Below, piece after piece: positions 33,350-40,358 of a stretch of 40,358 nucleotides of DNA (its first letter is position 1; the number at the start of each line of letters is the position of its first letter). A program made the translations under genes and the position numbers. The DNA is from Pirellulales bacterium (GTDB lineage Bacteria > Planctomycetota > Planctomycetia > Pirellulales > UBA1268): contig JBIIOM010000003.1 in assembly GCA_044336925.1 (NCBI GenBank), positions 1 to 40,358 of the forward strand. The letters are read 5' to 3'. Below the pieces are notes generated by a model. That model did not search any database, was not told the DNA's origin, and worked only from the letters and a program-made list of their open reading frames with translations.

Positions 33350-35244
33350 GCGGTCGCCACCGTCGCGAGTCTGTTGCCGCCGAGAACGCCACCCGCCACG
33401 GGATCGTGGCCCAGGCGGATTTCAGCGTTGTGCAGCCGTCCGTCGCCGCCGAAGGCCAGGCCAGCGGCCAGCCGCGGTTTTCGCTCACGGCCTACACCGG
33501 CCGGGCGATCCGGCAGTCGTGGTCCAGAAACCCAATCGTTGTCGACCTCGCGGGCATGGACACGAAGACGAATGTCGTGTCGATCATGTACGGCCACCAG
33601 TACGACATTTCCGCCGCTCTCGGCCAAGCCGACTCTATCGACAATTCGATGGAAGACCTCGCGCTGGCCGGCAATCTGATCGGCGAGGGCGAAATCTATG
33701 ACCGCGTAGTGAGCTACGCGAAGAAAGGCTGGCGTTTCCAGGCCTCGATCGGTGCCGACGTGAACCGCATCGAAAACGTCGCCGCCGGCGAAACCGTCAC
33801 CGTCAACGGCCGGGAATTCACCGGGCCGATTTCCGTAGTTCGTAGTTCCATGCTCCGCGAAGTCAGCGTCGTAATGTTCGGGGCCGATGCCTCGACGACG
33901 GTGCAGATCGCAGCGGAGCAAGACCCAGGAGAAGAAACCATGGCTGACGAAGCCACCAAAAACCCCGTCGAGGCGTCCGCCCCGATGGAAGGCACGGCGA
34001 GCGTCGCCGTGGAAACCCCTGTGACCGCTGCCGCGGTCGTGTCCGAGGAGAACAAGTCGATGGAAAGCATCAAGGCCGAGATCCTGAAGGAGCTGAAGGC
34101 CGAGCTTCTGGCGGACGTGCGGGCCTCGCGCCCCGCCGCCCCCGCCGCGCCGGCGGTCCACGTCAAGGCTCCGACCGACGACCCGAAGACGGTCGTGGCG
34201 TCGCTCTGCCTTGCCGGTGGCCTGCACGGTGCGGAAAAGGCCTTCGACGAGCGGACGCTCGAGGCGGCTCACGCCCGGCGTGGCGAGGCGTCGCTGGCCC
34301 AGGTGGTGCTTGCCGCTGCCAAGGCCAACGGCTACACCGGCCCGGCTCGCATCAGCGAGGGCAACTGCCGCGAGGTGCTCAAGGCCGCGTTTGCGACCCA
34401 CAGCATCTCGACGGTCCTGTCTGCGACCTACGGCAAGTTCCTCCTCAACGGCTTCACCGCCGTCGAGAGCAACTGGGACCGCATCGCCTCCGTTCGCTCG
34501 GTCAGCGACTACAAGTCGGTGACGGGCGTGCGTGTGACGGGTGGCTTCGAGTTCGAACCGGTCGGCCCCACGGGTGAGCTCAAGTCGGCCGACGCCGGCG
34601 AGGAGACGCGGTCGATCAAGGCGGACCTCTACGGCCGCCTGAGCTCGATCTCGATGGTCGACCTCGTGAACGACGATCTCGGTGCTCTGACGCAGGTCAG
34701 TGCACGGCTCGGCCGCGGTGCCGCGCTTCGGCTCAACAAGGTGTTCTGGGCTGCCTTCGAGGCCAGCAACGCCAGCTACTACGCGAAGGAAACGGCGGCC
34801 GCGGGCAACGCGTTCTCGCTGACCTCCCTCCGCACGGCGACCGCGAGCTACCGCAAGCTCAAGGACGGCGACGGCAACGTGCTCGGCGTGGCTCCGCGGA
34901 TCCTGCTGGTCCCATCGGACCTCGAGCTCCCGGCCGCCGAGATCATGAGCAGCTCGCTCCTCATCACCGGCAGCGATACCGTCCGCGGCAACGCGAACGT
35001 GCTCGCCGGCCGTTACCAGGTCGTGGGCTCGAGCTACCTCTCGAGCGCGTCGACTTGGTGGCTGTGTGCCGACCCGATGGATCTGCCCGCGATGGAAGTC
35101 GCCTTCCTCGGCGGTCAGCGCCAGCCGGTCGTGGAGTCGGCCGAAGCCGACTTCAACCAACTCGGCGTGCAGATCCGCGGCCACTTCTCCTTTGGCGTGG
35201 CCAAGGGCGAGAAGAACGGTGCCTACCGGATGGCGACTGCTTGA
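33346..35244 (+). CDS. Prohead protease - major capsid protein fusion
   Basis: N-terminal AYTG...VVDL.G...H...G...FQASIGA...LREVSVV.FGAD protease; C-terminal capsid P..LLVP..LE, EVAFL.G...P; internal RBS and ATG at 33940. Confidence 0.88.
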   Translation: MSGRHRRESVAAENATRHGIVAQADFSVVQPSVAAEGQASGQPRFSLTAYTGRAIRQSWSRNPIVVDLAGMDTKTNVVSIMYGHQYDISAALGQADSIDNSMEDLALAGNLIGEGEIYDRVVSYAKKGWRFQASIGADVNRIENVAAGETVTVNGREFTGPISVVRSSMLREVSVVMFGADASTTVQIAAEQDPGEETMADEATKNPVEASAPMEGTASVAVETPVTAAAVVSEENKSMESIKAEILKELKAELLADVRASRPAAPAAPAVHVKAPTDDPKTVVASLCLAGGLHGAEKAFDERTLEAAHARRGEASLAQVVLAAAKANGYTGPARISEGNCREVLKAAFATHSISTVLSATYGKFLLNGFTAVESNWDRIASVRSVSDYKSVTGVRVTGGFEFEPVGPTGELKSADAGEETRSIKADLYGRLSSISMVDLVNDDLGALTQVSARLGRGAALRLNKVFWAAFEASNASYYAKETAAAGNAFSLTSLRTATASYRKLKDGDGNVLGVAPRILLVPSDLELPAAEIMSSSLLITGSDTVRGNANVLAGRYQVVGSSYLSSASTWWLCADPMDLPAMEVAFLGGQRQPVVESAEADFNQLGVQIRGHFSFGVAKGEKNGAYRMATA

Positions 35245-35261
35245 TCTCTGACGTGACTGTG

Positions 35262-35300
35262 CCCGGCCGGCGGGAGCCCAAGCCCGCCGGCCGGGTCTTC
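35262..35300 (+). terminator. GC-rich hairpin after the capsid gene
   Basis: 13-bp perfect stem CCCGGCCGGCGGG/CCCGCCGGCCGGG with weak U-tail (TCTTC). Confidence 0.6.
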
Positions 35301-35339
35301 GATCAACCCTAACCCTGTTTCCAAGAAAGAGAGTTTCAA

Positions 35340-35666
35340 ATGGCTTCTATCGTTGGCGAGGGCACTTCCCTCGACTACACCCCGGGCTCGGCCGTTGCGT
35401 CGGGCGACGTGGTGGTTCTCGGTTCCATCGGTGTCGGCATCGCCGATCACGACATCCCGGCGAACACGCTTGGGGCGGTCGTGGTCGACGGCCTGGTCGA
35501 GTTCCCCAAGGCCACCGGCGCGATCAACGCGTACGCCAAGGTCTACTGGAACGCGACCAACAAGAACGTGACGACGACCGCCACGGACAACACGCTCGCC
35601 GGCTATGCCGTCGCGGCCGCCGCCTCCGGCGACGCGACCGTCCGCGTCAAGCTGATGAAGGCCTAG
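35340..35666 (+). CDS. DUF2190-family capsid cement/decoration protein
   Basis: G..LDYTP...VASGDVV......GIA..DI.A...G.....G...FPK, VYW, G.AV.AA..GD..VRVKL. Confidence 0.85.
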   Translation: MASIVGEGTSLDYTPGSAVASGDVVVLGSIGVGIADHDIPANTLGAVVVDGLVEFPKATGAINAYAKVYWNATNKNVTTTATDNTLAGYAVAAAASGDATVRVKLMKA

Positions 35667-35745
35667 TGGCGTGCTGACGGGTGCCCCGCGGCGGCGCTTT
35701 CAATAGCCGCCGCCGCGGGCGCAACCCGTTCCCGGGAGTATTGCG

Positions 35746-36444
35746 ATGCAGGATATGTTGGCCAAGGCCGAGTTGTGGTTTGAGCAACAGCGTCGGGAGC
35801 ATCTCGCCGTTGAAGTTCAATACCGGCCGGCCGGCACGCTCCTGCCGCGAACCTGCCGGGCCACGCTGGTCGTTGGCCGCTGGGAGTCTGTCGATTCGGC
35901 CGGGCAATTGGTGCGGATGGAGAGCTTGGATTTCTTCATCCACAAGGACGAACTGCCGGCCGACCCCAAGAAGGGCGACCGGATAGCCGTCACGGAGCAA
36001 GGCGTCGAGAAGTTGTACGAGGTGGCGATCATCGGCGGGGCATCCCATCCGTGGTCGTGGGCCGATCGTTCGCAAAAAATCCGCAGGATACGAACTATGG
36101 CCGTTGCCGGCACCACTGCCACCCCGAATGAGACGCTGCTCGTGCGGGCCGTCGGCTCCTCGACCGCGGCCGACATCACCGACGCCCAGATCAAGACGAG
36201 CCTCTCGCTCGATATGGCCCAATCGCGGGCCATCGAAAAGACGGTCGTCGCCGCGTCGGCCTACCTCTACGTCGTGCTGCCCGTGTCATTTGGCGAGCCC
36301 GTTCTCCGCGTCAACGGCTTTCTGACGACCGCCTGGGGGCTGACGCTGCGAAATATTGCCTTTGATGGGCAAGCCTCGCGGCCCTACCGCATTTACCGCT
36401 CGACCTACCCGATCACCGGCACGGCCGTCGTGGAGATTTCGTAA
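35746..36444 (+). CDS. Head-closure/head-tail joining protein fused to an extra C-terminal beta domain
   Basis: N-terminal DF.I...L..DP.KGD.I...YEV...W.W.D....RRIRT; C-terminal YLYVVLP..FG.P...VNGF...YRIYRS. Confidence 0.65.
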   Translation: MQDMLAKAELWFEQQRREHLAVEVQYRPAGTLLPRTCRATLVVGRWESVDSAGQLVRMESLDFFIHKDELPADPKKGDRIAVTEQGVEKLYEVAIIGGASHPWSWADRSQKIRRIRTMAVAGTTATPNETLLVRAVGSSTAADITDAQIKTSLSLDMAQSRAIEKTVVAASAYLYVVLPVSFGEPVLRVNGFLTTAWGLTLRNIAFDGQASRPYRIYRSTYPITGTAVVEIS

Positions 36445-37874
36445 TGCCGCAGATCAAGGGCACCAACGTCGTCGCCCCGGTCGTGCCGCTCGACACGGCC
36501 GACGTGCACCCATCGCACGAGGCCCGCTATGGCAAGGGCGGCTATCGCACGGTCGCCACGCTGGCGGAGCGGGACGCGATCCCGGCCCCTCGTCGCGAGG
36601 CTGGGATGCTCGTCTACGTCCAGGCCGACGACAAGATTTACCAGCTCTCGGCCGATCTGCTCGCGTGGGAGGAATTCTCGGGTGGCGTTTCCACTTGGAC
36701 GGAGCTGGAAGGGAAGCCCTCCACCTTCCCGCCAGATCCACACGGCCACACGGTTTCCGCGATCGTAGGCCTGCAGGCGGCCCTCGACGGCAAGCAAGCC
36801 GCAGGCTCCTACGTTCTGACGACGGACGCCCGCCTCTCGGATGCCCGCCAGCCGCTCACGCATACCCACACGGCCAGCCAGATCACCGACTTCACGACGG
36901 CCGTCGTGGCCGCCGCGCCGCCGACCACCAATGCCAGCCTGCTCACCTCTGGCACGCTCCCCGACGCGCGGCTCTCCTCGTCAATCGCCCGCACCGCTGA
37001 CGTTACGGCTGCGGTCGCCGCCGTGGTGAACGCGGCCCCGGCGACGCTCGACACGCTCGCGGAGTTGGCCTCGGCTTTGGGCTCAGACGCGAACTTCTCA
37101 ACGACCGTCACCAACTCGCTCGCCTCGAAAGCCCCGCTCGCGAGCCCGACGTTCACCGGCACGGTCAGCGGCGTCACCAAGAGCATGGTCGGCCTCGGCA
37201 ACGTCGATAACACAAGCGATGCCTCGAAGCCCGTCAGCACGGCCACGCAAACGGCTCTCGACGACAAGGCCGCGACGAGCCACACGCACGGGTTTCTGTC
37301 GGCAAGCGGCGACCTGTCGAACGCTTCTGGCGCAGGGACCGCAGCGACGGTTGCAATGGTGGGAATTGCTGGCACACCGAGCGCCGGAAAACTTGTCGCT
37401 GCCACATCAATGGTTGGCCTAAGCGTATCGGCAGTTTCAAACGCCCTATTAGTTACTTACGGCAGCACCGCACTCACGGCCTGCCAAGGTAACGACTCCC
37501 GGCTCTCCGATGCTCGAACCCCGACCGCCCACACGCAGGCGTGGTCAACGATCACGGCCACCCCGACAACGCTCTCTGGCTACGGCATCACCGACGCTGT
37601 TTCCTCGTCGGACGCCCGGCTGACGGATGCCCGCACGCCCCTCTCTCATACGCATAGCGCACAAGATATTCAGAGCGGTGTCATCGACACGGCTCGGCTT
37701 GGCAGTGGTTCGGCAACCTCCACGACGTTCCTGGCTGGGGATCAAACCTGGAAAACCGTCACCAGCGGCAGCACCAACGCCAGCGATTTGACCTCTGGCA
37801 CGCTGGCCAATGCCCGCATGACAACGCGAGCGCGCGCCTCAATGAACATTTACCTCTGGTCTTCTTTCCGATAG
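36444..37874 (+). CDS. Fibre-like structural protein with internal repeats
   Basis: D.RL.DAR.P..H repeat x3, NAS.LTSGTL..AR x2, AP.TLDTL.ELA.ALG.D.NF, K..VGLGNVDNTSD..KPVS. Confidence 0.75.
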   Translation: MPQIKGTNVVAPVVPLDTADVHPSHEARYGKGGYRTVATLAERDAIPAPRREAGMLVYVQADDKIYQLSADLLAWEEFSGGVSTWTELEGKPSTFPPDPHGHTVSAIVGLQAALDGKQAAGSYVLTTDARLSDARQPLTHTHTASQITDFTTAVVAAAPPTTNASLLTSGTLPDARLSSSIARTADVTAAVAAVVNAAPATLDTLAELASALGSDANFSTTVTNSLASKAPLASPTFTGTVSGVTKSMVGLGNVDNTSDASKPVSTATQTALDDKAATSHTHGFLSASGDLSNASGAGTAATVAMVGIAGTPSAGKLVAATSMVGLSVSAVSNALLVTYGSTALTACQGNDSRLSDARTPTAHTQAWSTITATPTTLSGYGITDAVSSSDARLTDARTPLSHTHSAQDIQSGVIDTARLGSGSATSTTFLAGDQTWKTVTSGSTNASDLTSGTLANARMTTRARASMNIYLWSSFR

Positions 37875-37883
37875 GAGTCTGTC

Positions 37884-38267
37884 ATGGCCCTAGAGCCGCA
37901 GTTTGCAGTTACGCCGCGTATTGGCACCGTCAATATCGCTACCGCGAATACGAACCGCGACGGCACTGGCACCGTTGCCACGCTGATTACGGGGGCTGCG
38001 ACCGGCACCCGTATCGCGGAGATAGTCGTGCAGGCCCGCGTCACGACAACAGCAGGCATGGTGCGGATTTTCCTGCACGACGGGACGACGTTCTACTTCT
38101 TCGATGAAGTAAACGTGGCCGCAGCCACCGTGGGTGCGAACGTAAAGGGTTCGCGAGTCAGCACCACCTACAGCAACCTCGTCCTACCCAATGCGTCTTG
38201 GAGCGTTCGCGTCAGTACGCACAACGCGGAGAGCATCGACGTTACGGCTCTTGGGGCCGACCTGTGA
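37884..38267 (+). CDS. Hypothetical virion protein
   Basis: 127 aa, AGGAG RBS, Thr-rich beta; ends G.D. Confidence 0.7.
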   Translation: MALEPQFAVTPRIGTVNIATANTNRDGTGTVATLITGAATGTRIAEIVVQARVTTTAGMVRIFLHDGTTFYFFDEVNVAAATVGANVKGSRVSTTYSNLVLPNASWSVRVSTHNAESIDVTALGADL

Positions 38268-39994
38268 ATGCCGGAGTGCTGGCAAGCGGACACGCGCCGC
38301 CAACAATGCCGCTCGGGCTGCTTGGCGGCAGCTTTGGTGTGCCGCTGTTCAGCCGCACCATGCACCCAGAGGTTATCGGCTGGTTTTCACGAGTCCGCGC
38401 AAACGGCGGAAACGCTTCAGCGGCAACGCTGGAGGCTCTCAGCGAGTTTTGCAGGGGCGTTGACTCGCTAGGGCTGCGAAGCCTGTTCTATCGCCTGAAC
38501 CTTTTTTGCGGCAGCAACCTATCGGCCTGCTTGGTCCCGCTGTATCGCGGGCCGACCTTACAAGGGCCGCTATTCGGACACCCCGTAGACGCTAATTACA
38601 ACTTCGCGTCATCCGACTACACGGAAACAGGCGCGAGCGGAGGACTGACATCAAGCAACACGAAGTACCTTATCACCGGCCTCGCCCCTGCGGACTTTGT
38701 CCAGGCTACTAGCGGCCTACACATGGGTTTTTCTTCGTCGCGTCAGGGGCAGCAGTTTGGAGACTATATCGGAACCGATTACGGGAACGCGGGAGCTGTA
38801 GCAGGAGTTTCGTTTTACATCCGGCAAAACACTGGCCTCCAAGTGCAGTCCGGTACGTCGATCTCTAGCGCAGGCACTTCGCCTTTCGTTCCAAGGCGAT
38901 TTATCGCATCAACGACAACGACTGCTCAAAACAGAATGATAGTTGCCGGTGCGCCAGGAGGCAGTTTTGGCAACATAGTACCGCCGTCCGCGGGTGTCAT
39001 GGCGGTTTTTGGCAAGGCAGCATCAGCCACTACGGTAGCCTCGCCAAACTACATGCCGCTTGGCGTATTCCAGATGTATTCAATCGGTGCGCACATAACA
39101 GCGGAGCAGTCGCTCGCGATAGATACCCTGCTTCGCTCGTTCAATGCGGCCCTGCGCCGCGACCGCCCCAGCAGCGACCCGGCGTTTGACCGCGTTGGGC
39201 ATCCAGAGGCAAGGGAGTGGATTGATAACGTGTACGCCAACGGCGGAACCGTCAGCACCTCCACCGCGAGCGCCGTCAACGACTTCTGCAACGCCATCGA
39301 CGCCGCTGGCCTGCGCGACCGCTTCTATCGTCTCAACCTCTTCGCTGGCACCGGCCTCGCAGCCGCACTCGTCCCGCTCTATCGCGGGCAGTCCCTCGGC
39401 GGGACGCAGTTTGGGAATGCGACGGACACGAACAGCAACTTCGTCGCAGCCGACTACAACGAGGCGAGCGGCCTTATCAGCAACGGTAGTAGCAAGTGGC
39501 TGAACACAGGACTACCGCTGAACTTCGCAACTGGCAGGCATATCGGTGCTGTTTTGTTTTCCTCCAGTTTTGGCGGGCAGTACCTTCTCGGTGCGTGGGG
39601 CGCAAGCGGCAATAATTCGATCTTCGGTATTTTCACGCAAGCCAGCCAAAATCTGACCGCGTTCAATTTCTCCGACGCCGGGGCATCTGGCTCCGCTGGC
39701 AACAATGCACCGACGCTGAGACGATCCGCGATTGCGAGCAGCAACCCCGGTACTGGCGGATTGGAGTTGTTCCTGAACGGCACAAGCGTCGGCGCAGGGA
39801 CGGCCTACAGCACAACCAACACTGGCCCCATATCTATCTTTGGCCTTAGAAGAAGTAACGAGGCCATTCCGCAGTCGATCACGACCGCACGAATGTCCGG
39901 CTATACCATTGGAACGAATCTTTCGGCGGCAGATGCGTCCGCAATCAATAGCGCGCTGGCGACGTTTAATGCAGCAATGGGGAGAGACTCCTAA
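38264..39994 (+). CDS. Tandem two-domain putative adhesin/fibre (lectin-like)
   Basis: GTGA overlap; HPE...W...V.ANGG.....T......FC...D..GLR..FYRLNLF.G..L...LVPLYRG occurs twice. Confidence 0.7.
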   Translation: MNAGVLASGHAPPTMPLGLLGGSFGVPLFSRTMHPEVIGWFSRVRANGGNASAATLEALSEFCRGVDSLGLRSLFYRLNLFCGSNLSACLVPLYRGPTLQGPLFGHPVDANYNFASSDYTETGASGGLTSSNTKYLITGLAPADFVQATSGLHMGFSSSRQGQQFGDYIGTDYGNAGAVAGVSFYIRQNTGLQVQSGTSISSAGTSPFVPRRFIASTTTTAQNRMIVAGAPGGSFGNIVPPSAGVMAVFGKAASATTVASPNYMPLGVFQMYSIGAHITAEQSLAIDTLLRSFNAALRRDRPSSDPAFDRVGHPEAREWIDNVYANGGTVSTSTASAVNDFCNAIDAAGLRDRFYRLNLFAGTGLAAALVPLYRGQSLGGTQFGNATDTNSNFVAADYNEASGLISNGSSKWLNTGLPLNFATGRHIGAVLFSSSFGGQYLLGAWGASGNNSIFGIFTQASQNLTAFNFSDAGASGSAGNNAPTLRRSAIASSNPGTGGLELFLNGTSVGAGTAYSTTNTGPISIFGLRRSNEAIPQSITTARMSGYTIGTNLSAADASAINSALATFNAAMGRDS

Positions 39995-40221
39995 TGTGGC
40001 TGGACGCCTCGCAACACCTAGACGAACTGGCGGCCCTCAACGCGGCCCATGCCGACCGGCAAATTCAGCCGGTGGCGGGAACCGGCGGCACGTTTCTCGT
40101 CGGGGCCGATCTCCTTACCGACTGCGGCGAAGGGTGCTACTGGCACGGGTATTGCGAGTGGTTGGAGAAGCTGCCGCCGACCGATGCGGTGCCGTTGCCG
40201 CCGGACGAGCCGGTGGCCTGA
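39994..40221 (+). CDS. Hypothetical protein (possible fibre chaperone)
   Basis: TAATG overlap; ADLLTDC motif. Confidence 0.6.
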   Translation: MWLDASQHLDELAALNAAHADRQIQPVAGTGGTFLVGADLLTDCGEGCYWHGYCEWLEKLPPTDAVPLPPDEPVA

Positions 40222-40292
40222 GTTGCCGTCTTCCCACAAGAGAGCGCATTTCGGGGCATTTCAGAACTGGACGCGGCGCGTAGGCTGCGGGG

Positions 40293-40358
40293 ATGGCATG
40301 GACGATCCATCACGGCGACAGCGTGGAGACGCTTTCCCGACTCCCCAGCGAGTCGGTC
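40293..40358 (+). CDS. 5' fragment of an N4/N6 DNA methyltransferase (truncated)
   Basis: MAWTIHHGDSVETLSRLPSESV matches the I..GD....L..LP..SV start typical of beta-class MTases. Confidence 0.6.
   Translation, partial: MAWTIHHGDSVETLSRLPSESV

Larger units (their letters stand above)
1..40358. mobile_element. Temperate lambda-like siphophage genome (free form, near complete, permuted); probable Planctomycete host
   Basis: Terminase, portal, capsid, tail, tape measure, integrase with intact attP and replication genes fill the window; no host housekeeping genes. Host assignment is inference. Confidence 0.95.

Noticed and set aside
29014-35184. Long antisense ORFs (29014-31290, 33247-35184) and similar shadows (513-2033, 10808-12175)
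   Set aside because: They overlap well-supported genes and are expected by-products of high GC3 codon bias; no motifs
36444-39994. Diversity-generating retroelement acting on the fibre genes
   Set aside because: No reverse transcriptase; duplicated segments are in-frame protein repeats, not adenine-specific TR/VR pairs
1-40358. Window ends joining into a closed circle
   Set aside because: The end encodes the first 22 aa of a methyltransferase and the start the last 34 aa of an ORF; no terminal overlap, so sequence is missing

Overview
The whole window is a GC-rich, temperate, lambda-like siphovirus genome seen in its non-integrated form. It is circularly permuted and has a small gap between the two window ends. 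Host is probably a Planctomycete; this is inferred from the gene-family mix, including a phage CsrA and Cys-rich secreted proteins. Layout: neck/tail genes with three tandem tail-tube paralogs, a -1 frameshifted chaperone, tape measure and fibre (157-10330); a metallopeptidase/phosphoesterase/dNTP-diphosphohydrolase operon (10.4-13.0 kb); a membrane-protein cluster built around a papain-like protease with no recognisable endolysin (13.0-16.5 kb); a leftward early region (16.4-20.4 kb) with Prim-Pol, ArdC and two HTH proteins; a structured non-coding region with a lambda cosQ-like site (~20.9 kb); integrase, attP (3' part of tRNA-Arg ACG) and an XRE regulator; a recombination/replication module with CsrA, an AAA ATPase, a second tyrosine recombinase, SSB, initiator, LexA-like DNA-binding domain and resolvase; then terminase, portal, protease-capsid fusion, cement, fibres and a truncated DNA methylase. 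The strongest unexplained signal is in the early region: 18 co-oriented GGGTTGT/ACAACCC heptamers, a 13-bp operator repeated inside three promoters, and repeat-flanked gene cassettes next to the predicted genome end. All product calls come from motifs and gene order read by eye; no database searches were run.
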